DNA of 48,131 nucleotides from Parasitella parasitica NRRL 2501 (lineage: Eukaryota > Fungi > Mucoromycota): positions 1 through 48,131 of the forward strand of contig MU619300.1 of NCBI GenBank assembly GCA_025201805.1. The letters are read 5' to 3'. How positions within the stretch are numbered: position 1 is the stretch's first letter; each line of letters starts with the position of its first letter. Positions 12,390-24,703 of this stretch are shown piece after piece. Both the position numbers and the translations under genes were made by a program. The notes beneath the pieces were generated by a model. The model was not told the DNA's origin, did not search any database, and saw nothing but the letters and a program-made list of their open reading frames with translations.

Positions 12390-14032
12390 ATGCCCAAGGA
12401 CCCCATTGAGAAAAGAAGCAAAAAGATCGAGCAGCTCGTTCCTATTCCACCTGTGCCCTCAAGACCACAACAATGTTTGTTCGTAATTGATGTTTTCATG
12501 TGATAAAACTCGACTGACAAGTTTTCAGGTCATTTTTTCATGCCTAGAAAAAGGAGGTATTGTGGCTTACGAACTGGAAAAGACATGAAGTATTGCGGCG
12601 AGCATTCTGTAGGGATACCAGACTGTGAAGGGAAGCCAAAGCGAATCCCATGCCCTTATGATCCATCACAGTAAGTCGCCTTTTTTTTTCGGGGGGATGC
12701 ATGTCTAAATGTATTCGCATTACATACCCAAAGCTCTATTTTCGAAAAGGATCTCGAAAAGCACATGAAATCAAAATGCAATGCCCGGCCCAAAGAATTG
12801 CCTGCCTGCCATTCACTCAATGTCAATTGCACTCTCCCCCTGTCAAGTGAAGAATTGGAATTCCAAAAGAACATTTATTCGCATCAGAATATGTTTGTTC
12901 AGCCGTGGCTGGCCAGGGTTCAGCTACAGGCACTATCCACAGAGGACTTGGATTCACTTGTAGACAAGGTTTCTGCTGCGTACGATGCAAATGTAGCGCC
13001 TATTCCTATGGAGCAGCTTACGCATCCCTCATCCGAGAAAAAAAGGTAGGTGCGGCCATATTGTATCGCTCAACCAAACGCTCAATGCTGTTCAGAACGG
13101 CCGTTTCCAACACCAAACATCTGGATCAGCTCTCCTCTTTGATGGGACACATGGAGAAAAGCGGCATGCTTCGAGATAAAACAGCGTGCTTTGTTGAATT
13201 CGGTGCTGGAAAAGCTGATCTGTCGCTGCATGTCAAGAAAGCCGCTGCGGAAGAGGACGGGGAAGCCACGTATTTGTTACTGGACAGAAAGAACGTACGT
13301 AACAAGGCTGATCAAGCACTGCTGGGACAGTCTCAGAACAAATCAAGAGTGCAGCGCCAGTTGATTGATATCAAAGACCTCGATCTATCAAAGGTAGAGT
13401 GTATTGCTGACAACAACAAGAAAGTGGTTGCCATTTCAAAGCATCTGTGTGGCTGCGCAACTGACATTTCGCTCAAATGCTTGATGAACTATGTGGTAGG
13501 CGAGAAATCCAAAGGACACAAAGAACCCATCCAGGGCATCATCATTGCGCTTTGCTGCCATCAAATTTGCCGCTACGAAATGTATCCCAATCAAGAATAT
13601 TTAGAGTCTATCCACATGTCCAAGACTGAATTTGAGAGAATGTGCAAAATGTCAAGCTGGGCGACATGCCACAGTGGCGGTAACAGCACCAACGCAACAA
13701 TAGGCGCCAACGAAAAGGAGGACGAACACGCAGACACAGACACATGTGATGCAGATGACAATTCGGATAAAACCAGGCAAGCATCATGATGTGTGGCATT
13801 TACAACGACCCTGCTGACCCCCCCCCCCACCCCCCTCTGTAGAAACCATTTCTCGGGAAGAGATCATGTTGAAAGGGAAAACATTGGCTACAAATGCAAG
13901 CGTGTCATTGATGCTGGCCGTGCTAAATATCTTGAGCAATTTGGTTTCGATGTCAGGCTTGTTTACTATGTTGATTCTGCTGCGAGTTTGGAGAACTGTG
14001 CTTTGATTGCTACCCCCAAGCGTTTGCAATGA
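12390..14032 (+). CDS. TRM13: tRNA position-4 2'-O-methyltransferase Trm13; four introns, the last being GC-AG (13777-13842)
   Basis: N-terminal CCCH (C.FFMPRKRRYC...CGEH) and CHHC (CPYDPSH...H..KC) zinc fingers are followed by VEFGAGKADLS, AISKHLCGCATD, IALCCH and a C-terminal YYVD..SLEN. Confidence 0.9.
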
Positions 14033-14818
14033 ACTTGTCTGCTAGCACATACTTTAGGAGTAATAAACAGCATGGGTTGTTATCAGATTCTTTGATTTGG
14101 AAGCGGTCCTTGGATTATTAAAGGATTAATCAATGGGACACAGATGAATCGTATACATCTGATCCGAAAAAGCGCGAGATACATAAGGTGGTCTTTGCAC
14201 TGCATAAGCTCAGATAATTATCTGGCATTGTTAAATAGACGCAGGAGGAAAAACAATCCGATCCAACTTTTTATATTTGCTTTGAGACTTTTTTTTCGTT
14301 GCAATGAATAATATGATTTTGTGAGGGTATGCGGTGGATTTCATCGTTATTCACTTTGAAATGATGCTCGACGATTAATTTATGGTAGCGAATGAAAATG
14401 GTATTACAATTGTACGTTTGTGCACCATCAACATATTTGATCCGCTTAAACGGTTCTCTCTTGTCAAAACTATTGGTTGCCCAGTCATCGTGTGGAGGAC
14501 AGACTTTACACACGCAATAAAAAAGACGGATAAAATCAGGCCGAGATCGTAAAAGATTCATCAGACTAAAGTAATGTTTAGACTGTAAAAAAAAAACTAG
14601 CTATAACATGATTTTTTATAAGCGAGAGCAATTCATCTCCTGTATATTTTAACAGCAATTCAAGACGGATTTCGACCAAGCTAGGAAGCTCCTTTTGCAC
14701 GGCACGGATAATTTGCTCGGCTTCACCAGCTGCTGCAACGCTTTTGATGTCCGACAGTGCCGATCTCTTATAAAAGGCAAGGCTTGTCAAGTGAATTTTG
14801 TGATCTCCCAAGATCACC

Positions 14819-16829
14819 ATGGATTACCAAGTCAAAGAACAGCGTAATTTACACCTGATACTTTTATCGCCAATTCTTCAAAACTAAAATAATGTTTTCT
14901 AGGAAACTCGGTTGCAAGCAGTGGTAACACTGCTCTAGCAAATTATGATCAACAGGATGTAGAGAAAACGGAATCTTGCATTGAAGAAATCAAAGTATAC
15001 AATCCCAAAGACGACCCAGACCATCCTGTTGTAAGTCCAAATTATGAAAGAACACCATTGACAACCTAACACTTATTTTTCTTTCAACAGAACTGGCCCC
15101 AAAAAAAGAAGTATCTTGCTCTATTTGCCATCTCTCTTGACTCATTTATAGGATACTTTACATCCGCAATTTACGTAAGATGCATTCATTGAGCATGCTC
15201 TAGTAAAGCTTATCATTATAACCGTTTGTATTTACATCATGTAGATGCCCGCCGTCCACAATATCATGGTTTATTTCAACACCGATCTTACAGTAAGTAA
15301 AACACAAAGATGTAATTTTTATATATTAAAGCAGTGCACACTATCTTTAGACAATCGACGCCACCATTGCTCTTTATTTGGCTTTCAGTGCCATTGCTGT
15401 AAGCGCAACTAACAGATGTTATCATACCTTTCTTTGGAACTAACTAAATATCATATAGCCTCTCTTCTGGGCGCCTTTAAGTGAGCGTTTAGGCAGAAGA
15501 TGGATTTATATCGTTTGCCTGATCCTCTACTGTGTTTGTACTATCGTCTGCGGTGTCTCTACAAACCTTGGCCTTTTCTTTGCATTCAGATTATTACAGA
15601 GTGTTTTTGCCAGTGCGGGTCAAGCCGTAGGTGGCGGCAGTATCTCTGACATGTTTGAGCCTCGTGAACGTGGAAAGGCAATGGGTCTCTATATGCTCGG
15701 AACTATCCTTGGCCCATCCATTGCCCCGGTCTGTGGAGGCTTTATTAATCAGAACCTGGGCTGGAGATGGATCTTCTACATCAAGACCATCATTGGCGGT
15801 GCCTTTGCTATCTTGAGCTTCTTTTTGGTTCCTGAGTCGCTTTACGTCCCAGCCGAAAAGCGAGTTGCTCCTCCTACCAACCTGAAGGAAAGACTAAATA
15901 GACTCAAGTTTAATCCCGTAAAAACCTAATCAACTAATTCATCAAAGATTAATAAGTCTAAAAAAAAAAAATTGCATAGTTTACCAGCTTGCTTCTTTTA
16001 TCAAGAAAAGAAACTGCCGTCATCTGTATCCCTGTCAGCATTGCGTTCGGCTGGTTCTACTATCTGGTTACTATTCTCTCCCCCACTTTTGGCGAAATTT
16101 ACGGATTCTCGTCTGGAGCCATTGGCCTTTGCTTCTTGGCAAGCGCTGTCGGTAACATATTGGGCGCCATATGCTCTGGAGTCCTGGCTGACAAAATCAA
16201 CAACTACTGTATCGCAAGGAATGGCGGTGTGGCTGTCAAAGAGTTCCGTATCAGGCCAATTTATGTTGGCTTACCATTTATGGTTGTAGGCTCTCTTCTG
16301 TACGGATGGCTTCTTCATGCCCGCGTGAATTTTATGGGCCCTCTTGTTGGTTTCGCCATGTGTAAGCGCTAACAAGTGTTGATCGATATTGGATTGTTAT
16401 ACTAAATATGCGCACAACGTAACGTTTATAGTTTGCTTTGGCCTCATGTTGAGTATTGCAGCGACAAACACCTATTTGGTTGAAGCCAATACTTCCAGAG
16501 CGGCTTCTGGTAAGTCATATGCAAGTTTTGTTGGCGATCGAAAAGTGCTGATATTATGCAAAATATAGCTGTTTCTCTGAACAATTTTACTCGAAACATG
16601 TGCGGTATGATCTTTTCATTGACTGGAGTCCAGATCAGGGAATCTCTTGGTGATGGATGGTCATAGTAAGCCATTTATTGTGTAAGCTTGGTAGTAGAAT
16701 TCAACCACTAACATTGCAAACCATAGCACTTTAGCCTCTTTGATGTGTCTGGCTGCATTCTCTATCTGTGTTCCGCTTGTTCAAATATTCGGTGCAAAAT
16801 GGAGACGAGAAAGGGAGCAACAAGACTGA
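14819..16829 (+). CDS. MFS drug:H+ antiporter (DHA1 family), copy 1, 9 introns
   Basis: The spliced product has DPDHPVNWPQKKK, PLFWAPLSERLGRR (motif A), FRLLQ, D.FEPRERGKAMG, GP.IAPVCGG (motif C) and KEFRI. TATAAAA lies ~50 bp upstream. Confidence 0.9.
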
Positions 16830-17560
16830 TTCGTATTATTTGAACCGTAATTACAAAACATAGACTGTACCATACCTTATACTGCTCCTTTACCTTATAC
16901 TTCATTGCTACATTAAACAAGGTCTCTGGGCATTATTTTTTTAAACATATGACTATGAAATGTCAAAATCATTTGTCATAACCAGTCGAGATTTGAATTT
17001 AGTCCTTCTGATTCTTTCAAATGATATGTGATGATCCCAGTAGAATTGGACTTTATTGTAAGGAGGTCGCTTCTTAAACGGTCAATGGGCAGTTGGGTTG
17101 TGATTTCACTTGATCAAGTGGTCTGTGTAATCCTCAAGTTGGTTTCCCGAAAAAAGACTTCTTCATTACTAAGTTGATATTCTTCAAGCTTAAAGTCTGA
17201 GAAAAATGCTTGATCTCGACTTTTCTCAGGCATGTTTTTTTTTTGGCATTAAATCAACTGCTCAACTTTCTCCATACATTTAGCAGAGTCGTGAATACAA
17301 ATAGAAGGCTGGACAGAGATTCACATTGGATCTGATACACGTAGGCTTTCTATGTGGCGAACAAATAGACATTGATAACACCATCTTCTCTGGGTTAAAA
17401 CATTCATGTTACATAAAATCTTGGACGGAAAAACAATAAAACCATACTAAATCTGCTTTGCTGCGAGATCATTTGTCATTGGGAGTATAAAAGAGCTCTT
17501 ATGTTTTGTGATTTTCTGTCTTTTTTTTTTTTTTTCTTTTTTTGATCTCTAATAGACAAC

Positions 17561-19631
17561 ATGAGTGAGACACATTCAAAAACATGTAACTTTCGATTGA
17601 TCTAGTATATAATGCGAATGTAAAGCTAATGGTTTTGTGCGCGGTATATAGCGCCTTCAATAAGTAGCGATAACAGTGATACAGTACCTACCAATTTCCA
17701 GGATAAAGACATTGCAGAAATTGAATCGTATAATGAAGGGGCTGCTGCACAGTACAACTATAAAGAGGATCCTAACAACCCAATGGTGAGTGGCCTCATT
17801 GTTCTTGATCTGTCAATTTTGTCTGACAAATGCCGTCTACTATATATGACAGAACTGGCCCAAAGGCAAGAAAACGAGCCTGCTGCTTGTTGTATCCATA
17901 AATTCGTTTATGGGATACTTTTCTTCTGCAGTCTATGTAAGTTACCATTTAACAGCCTGCTTGAACGTCGAACAATTGACATGACAGATACATAGATGCC
18001 AGCCACGCACGATATTATGGTCTACTTTAACACAAATCTCACTGTAAATTTTGTATCCCCATCACACGTACTAACTCATACTGACATTGGCGATTTTATT
18101 CGTGTAGCTGATCAATTCTACTATTGCATTGTTTCTGCTGATGAATGCATTAGCGGTAAGTTTAAGCACAGCTGTCATGATTTTTTTTTTTTTCCTAAAC
18201 TGTATTGACTACATGTAGCCGCTTTTTTGGGCCCCATTAAGTGAAAGAGTAGGCAGAAGATGGATTTACATTGTCGCAATTATTCTTTATACTGTGTGCA
18301 CAATCATTTGTGGCATTTCTACAAATCTGGGTCTATTCATTGCTTTTCGATTACTGCAAGGTATATTTGCCTGCGCGGGTCAAGCTGTGGGTGGTGGCAG
18401 CGTCTCTGACATTTTTGAGCCACACGAACGTGGAAAGGCAATGTCTATTTACATTTTAGGGTAACTGGAGCATGTATATTTCTCTGAAAATTTATGAATA
18501 TTAACCTCTATACTATAGCACTATCTTAGGTCCTGCCATTGCACCTATTGTCGGCGGGTACATTGATCAATACCTAGGATGGCGTTGGATTTTCTACATC
18601 AAAACTATCATGGGAGGTGTTCTGATCATCCTCAATTTTATATTCCTCAAAGAAACTTTGTACACTCCCAATTCAAAGGCATTGCCGCCTCCTGCAAACT
18701 TTAGAGAACGTTTGCAAAGGCTTCGATTTAACCCAGTGAGTGTGAAAAAAAAAAAGACCGCATAAATCTGACGGTAGCCAGCTAACAACAACACTTGTAA
18801 GTTCGGCAGTCTTGAGCTGCTACTGAAGAAAGAAATTGCCCTGGTGTGTTTCCCCGTCAGCATTGCATTCGGATGGTTCTACTTTTTAGTGACAATCCTT
18901 CCTCAAACCTTCAGTTCTGTGTATCAGTTTCCAACAGGCTCTATTGGCCTTTGCTATCTAGCAGGTGGCCTCGGCAATACCTCTGGCTCTATCTTTGCAG
19001 GCGCCATTTCTGATAGACTCTATCACAAAGCCATTGCAAAGAACAATGGCGAAACGGTAAAAGAATTTCGACTAAGACCCATCTATATTGGTGTCCCATT
19101 GATTGCACTTGGCTCAGTCATGTATGGATGGTTTTTACAAGTACCGACACATTGGATGGGACCATTGGCATCGTATACTATCAGTAAGTGTTCCATCTGT
19201 ATACGGCCGCTTGGCTACTAACTTGTTTCTCGTTTTTGAATAGCTACATTTGGCATCATGTTTACAATCACAGTTGCAAATACATATCTGGTAGATTCCA
19301 ATCATACCAAAGCTGCCTCAGGTACATAGACATGTACAGTATCTATAATTTAGCTAACACGTCTGATTTAATTCAGTTGTTTCTGCCAATAACTTTACCA
19401 GAAACATTTGTGGTATGATCTTTTCATTAACTGCTGTACAAATAAGATCATCCCTTGGTGATGGCTGGGCATAGTAAGTTATCTATTGTAAAGATGGGGT
19501 ATAAATTTTTTTTTAACCAAGTCGTTCTGTACAGCACTCTTATGGCCATTATGTGCGTCATTTCTTATATAATTTGCATTCCCCTAGTCCAGAAATTCGG
19601 TCAAAAATGGCGTGAATCTTCTTCCAAATAA
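17561..19631 (+). CDS. MFS drug:H+ antiporter (DHA1 family), copy 2 (tandem paralog), 10 introns
   Basis: Motifs EDPNNPMNWP, PLFWAPLSERVGRR, FRLLQG, EPHERGKA and GPAIAPIVGG are present. Intron positions match copy 1, plus one extra intron at 18461-18518. Confidence 0.9.
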
Positions 19632-20458
19632 AAAGCACACGAAATTACAGATTTTGAACATTCAATTTTTGATTGAAATTGTAAAGGTCCTTTCATCGAC
19701 GAATATTGTCGACCTAAACCAATAGATTAGATTCATGATGAGGAGCAGTTTCGTCTTGAAACATTGAGCTCTCACATCTAACCCGCCTCGAAAAAGTGAG
19801 AAAGAAATGGAGGCAATTATATGGGAAACTTTGGATCCTGACAGTATCTTTGAGAAACGGAGAGAACCTGGTTTTCCACGTATTCTCCATTATTCTTCGA
19901 GTACATCGATGAGAACCCTTGTATCGTTTTGGACAAAGTTAAAGTAAACATTGACAGAATTAGCAGCATCCAAAAGCACTTGGTTTGATTTTGTAAAACA
20001 ACTGCAGATAGTCTCTCGAAAAAGCTCAGCTTCAACCTATAGATTGAAAACACACTAGCATTATGGTTGTTTAGTACGGTACCTCCCCAGCTAAATGTAA
20101 AAGGATAAGCAGTATCTTGATTGTACATACAGTTGCTTATATGTCTGCTTGCTATAAGCTGACAGCGACATATTCATTCGAACATTAAGAGCGCATTCGA
20201 TTACATGCAGACGTATGGTTTTCAACAAAGGCCAAATCTTTGGTTTATTACAAGTTGAATTCGATACGTACCATGACATGTGGCAATAAGGTGCCTGAGA
20301 AAGTTTTCATCTTGATTGATTGGCTTGAACTTTTGACACATTTGAAAGACTTTCCCGGAGATGCAAAAAAAAATGCAAGCTTGCTGTAAATGTAAGAAAA
20401 CTTTTTTTCAATTTTAGAGATCTTGCAGTCTTTTTCTCTTCTACGTTAAACATATATC

Positions 20459-21470
20459 ATGGCAGGAAAACCAGATTCTAAGCCTGCAGCTAAAAAACCT
20501 ACTGCTGGCGCAAAAAAATCTGCCGCACAATCAACTACAAAACGATCCGCCCCAATCGATGCCACCACCGAAAACGAAAAGCCCAAATTAACACAAGGAC
20601 AGAAACTACTCAAGTCCATGACTGCACAAAAAGCGGCCAAGAAGGCTCTTATGAAAGGTGTGGCAGTGACTCATGTCTCTTTTGACGATGATGGAAATAA
20701 GGCCCATGTGGAAACTGTGATTCAAAAGACAGCGCCACCGCCTGCCAAGATCGTAAATCCGAAAAAGCCAAACAAGAATCGACCTGCTGTAAAGAAGCCT
20801 GAGCCTATAAAGAAAAAGAAGCGTACTGCCGACGAAATGGAGCAAGATCCGGTAGAAGAGGAAAAAGGAAAGGAGGAGGAGGATGACAGTGAGAAGAAGG
20901 ACAACAAAAAGCCACCCAAAAGAGCCAAAAAGCCCAAGAAGAGTAAGATTGAAATCGAAGAATCAAGAAAGGATGGCAAGCAAGAAGAAGCGCTTGCTTA
21001 TGTTCGCTTATTTATTAATGATCGTGAGGCGTGGAAGTTTAAAAAGGTGCAACAAATCTGGTTGCTGTCAAATCTGTATGAAATTCCGGAAGACGAGTTT
21101 GACGACGTATTGGAATATCTAAAGGATCTCCAAGGTTCAGCTCGCGAGGTATATTTTGCGATTCTTATCAGACCAAAAAGAAAAAAAGACAATGTTTTGA
21201 CCATGACTTAAATAGAAAACTAAACAAGAAGCAAAAGACAAGATCCCCATGAAAAAGGCACAAGCACCCGCTGCTGTTAGTCATACTTTGACAGGATACG
21301 CAAATGTAGATGCCGGAAATGATGATGATTTTGATGCTGAGAAGCTGCTAGCACGAGCAACTACTGCACCAGTTCACCAAAAAGAAGCGATAGAACAAGA
21401 AAACGAGGAAGAGGAGGAAGACTCGGATGAAATCAAGAGAGCTAAATCAATCATAGAAGTGCTTTCGTAA
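20459..21470 (+). CDS. Lys/Glu-rich WKF-domain (DUF2373, YCR016W/C7orf50-like) protein, probably nucleolar; intron ~21149-21215
   Basis: ALAYVRLF..DREAWKFKKVQQIWLL...YLKDLQGSARE is the WKF signature. Confidence 0.8.
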
Positions 21471-21756
21471 ATAAACCATTTTTTGTATATAACCGCATGT
21501 CAACAAAACTTGGCATATCTGGTGCGAGCATATGATACACACACAAACTGTTGCCAAACACAGCAGCATTTCATCAACATATGCAATTTTTTTTTGTCAA
21601 TATGATCGAAATATCTTCCGGCTCTTGGAGAATGCCTAAATTCCAAGCTTATTTACTTTTTAACCATCAAAATACAAGAATAAAATCCTTGTTATAAGAC
21701 GTAACACTGGCAGTTGTTTTGTTATTTTTTTTTTTCCTATTGCCTGCTTCCCCAAA

Positions 21757-23022
21757 ATGACAAGATTAAGATATGGAGTGCTCTTATTAATTGGTTAGGA
21801 ATACCGATAATCCAACTGTTCATTCGTCTAACATAGAGTTTCAACACGTAGCATCATTAATTGCATATACTAATGTAGCAAATGCGTTGGAAGAAGGTGG
21901 GTTTATGGGAACATTTCATCAATTGAATTCGACATTTACATCTATTGTTAGGTACTATGCTTTTGCCTGTTTGGAATCATCCCACCGAAGTTGTAGATGG
22001 TGCTCCCGCTCCTCAAGCTACTGCTTGTGCTAATTCTGGACAAATTGCCTTGACCTATGTAAGTGGAAGTCCATCACCAGAAAATTCTCCTGCATAACAT
22101 GTGTAAAATCAGAATGAAGGGCCTAGTGATGTTACCGCAAAGGTGCTTAACGGATTGAAGGCTGCTCAAGCTAAAGCCAACTTTTTCGTAAACGCCACAT
22201 GGTAAATAGCCAAATGTTTGCCATCCCTAGTTCAAATCACTGAAATTTATATGTAGGTTGTACACTCAGCAGTATGCCATGATCTTGCAGCGTGCCTATA
22301 ATGATGGCCATTTCATTGGTATGACCTATCGTGCTCCTGGAGACACTTCAGAAGGTCTGACGGACGAGCAAATCAGGACCGATGTAACAAACACTGCTAA
22401 AATCATTGAAACTTTGATTGGTGTCGCACCCAAGTATGTTCGCCTTCATTACTCACAACCTGAAGATATTCGCCTTGAAAATATCATCCGCAACATGGGT
22501 TACACATTGGTTTCTTATAATCTGGATACCATGGACTATAATTACAAGAACAACCCAGAAGGCATTTCAGACTTGTACAAGGAAATATTTGCCAAGCAAA
22601 TCGATACCTATGATTCAAAGGGCTCTTTCATCTCTGTTCAATACGATATTCCCGACACTGGTTCATGGCAAGCTATATATGATGTCGTAAGAACAATCAA
22701 TGAAGCTGGTTATACAATGGTTCGTTTAGATGGCTGTTTAAATGATAAACAGCCTTACAAAGAACATGCAGGCTCGACAAAGTTTGTAAGCGACAAACAT
22801 TCTTTGGGTCAGGCAGATTACAAATCTGGTCAAGTAACACCGGAGAAACCAGCAAACACTAGCTCTGCTTCTACAGGTGTTTCTGCAGATGCTGCCGCTG
22901 CAGCAGCAGAGGAAGAAGAGGCCATTAAAAAGGCCAATAGCGCTGCTGCCATTCTGCAAAGATTTGAATGGTCAAATATCGTGTTTGCTGTGGTTGCTCT
23001 CTTTTGCACTTGGGCATTCTAA
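21757..23022 (+). CDS. CE4/NodB polysaccharide (chitin) deacetylase-like protein, predicted secreted and GPI-anchored, with degenerate catalytic motifs; 5' exons approximate
   Basis: The spliced product reads ACANSGQIALTY|NEGPS...KANFFVN...RAYNDGHFIG...GVAPKYVRLHY...NLDTMDY...GSFISVQYD. It has a Ser/Ala-rich linker and a hydrophobic C-terminus. Introns are at ~22059-22112 and ~22202-22256. Confidence 0.8.
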
Positions 23023-23151
23023 GTGCTATATATTTTTTATATAATTTATTCCCAATTAAAATGGTACATTTGAATGTCTATTCACTGCTTGATCTATGTG
23101 GACAAAACATGTAAACATATAAACATATAAACATAAAATAACATTGATAGG

Positions 23152-24703
23152 CTACTGAGAACTAGCTAATGCTCCCATGGGATCATAAGCAGGCAGAACA
23201 ATAGGCGTTGTATCCAACAGGTTTGTCAGTTTGCGTGGTACATCGCTCTTTTCGAGAACAAGCTATATTACATAACGATAATGTTAGTATTTACAGCAGG
23301 GAAATTCGCACATGATAGTATATACATACCTGGTAAACAAAAGAAGAAAACCAATCGTCAGACATGACCCAGAAACCCTTATCGCCTGTTGTATCTGCAC
23401 CCCATGAGTTTTCAACTCGCCAACGCACAGGTTTGCCTTCCTTATCAAGATGAACGCCAGTGAAAACCATTGCATGAGTCATCATGCTTTCCTTATACAA
23501 CAGTCTCTCCTCCTTGGTTAGCCCAAATTCAACATTATATGCCAAGCTGTAGTCATAAATCTTGGTATCCATGGCACCGATCTTGTTGTTACTGAACTGG
23601 CCTACATCACAGCCAAACCACACGGGACGACCTGATTTCAAGACGTTGATAGCCAGTTGCTTTTGTGCTTCGGACGTAGTGTTGACGTAGCGGATAGGTT
23701 TTCCTCCTACAATGTTGCCGAGACGATCTACTGTGTACAACCTATTGATAGGGTTGCGAGGATCATTGATAAGAGACATGGTCTCTGAGATATTATATCC
23801 AACAACTTCACGAAAGAACTTTTTGGGAGTCAGATTGTGCAGGCCAACATACTTGCCAGCTTTGTCAGTAGTTTCCCAATCAAACTGAGAGGGAGGTTCA
23901 CCAAGAGAAATAACCAAAATGCGGTAAATGTCCTCCATCATCTGTTCCTTGAAAAATCGGACTATTTCTACGGTAGCACCACGATCAACAGCGCTGCGAA
24001 TTTGGGTGGCAAACTCACGCAATTTGACTGTGACCAACCAGTTGAGACGGCGAGAGTTACTACTTGCATAAGTCTCTGGGAATACGCTTTTTGGTACGAC
24101 GCCATATTTCTCCACTAAATTGATAAGCATATCAAATTGACCGCCATCGCCCACAGGATCAGTTAAAAGATACTGAACTACACGGTCATCGATGTCTTCT
24201 TTAGCCAAGTCAATCATATTCTCCAGGAACCAGTTTGCTTTTTCAAGCTTGTCGTAAAAGAACAAGTAGCTTTGGGAGAGCTCAAAGTCATCAGCTAGCT
24301 TATACTTTTGGATGACGGACAAGCGCATGATGTTGGTACCGGCAAAGAGCCAACAGCGACCGCTGGACTTTTGGTTCGTCGCGCTTCCCTCCAAATCCAA
24401 TTTGACATTAAAGACATGCTTGTCTTGCAATGCAGCCTTGGGGTTCAGCATGACTTGAGTAGGATCTGTACCAACAATAGCATTTCTTGCCAGCAAGTTT
24501 TTATCGTCCTCATAGAAACGCTTGGAGAATCTAGCGAGCGCATCACTAGAGATAGTAGCAGTGGAATAACGGCTGGCTTCAGCTTCATCTAACTTGAGTT
24601 GAGCATATTGATGCGAAAGCATAGATACGGACGAGGATTCAGTGCATTTTTCATATTCCTTGTATTCTTTTTCTTTTTCTTCTTTTGATGATTGAGCGCC
24701 CAT
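23152..24703 (-). CDS. LAP3: Bleomycin hydrolase / cysteine aminopeptidase C1B; intron 23263-23329
   Basis: NQKSSGRCWLFA (catalytic Cys), MTHAMVFTGV (His) and WRVENSWG (Asn) are present. The spliced C-terminus is LPAYDPMGALASSQ*. Confidence 0.95.

Noticed and set aside
19700-20300. Short minus-strand ORFs that might be a decayed gene
   Set aside because: I could not assign any motif; the region is too degenerate to call.
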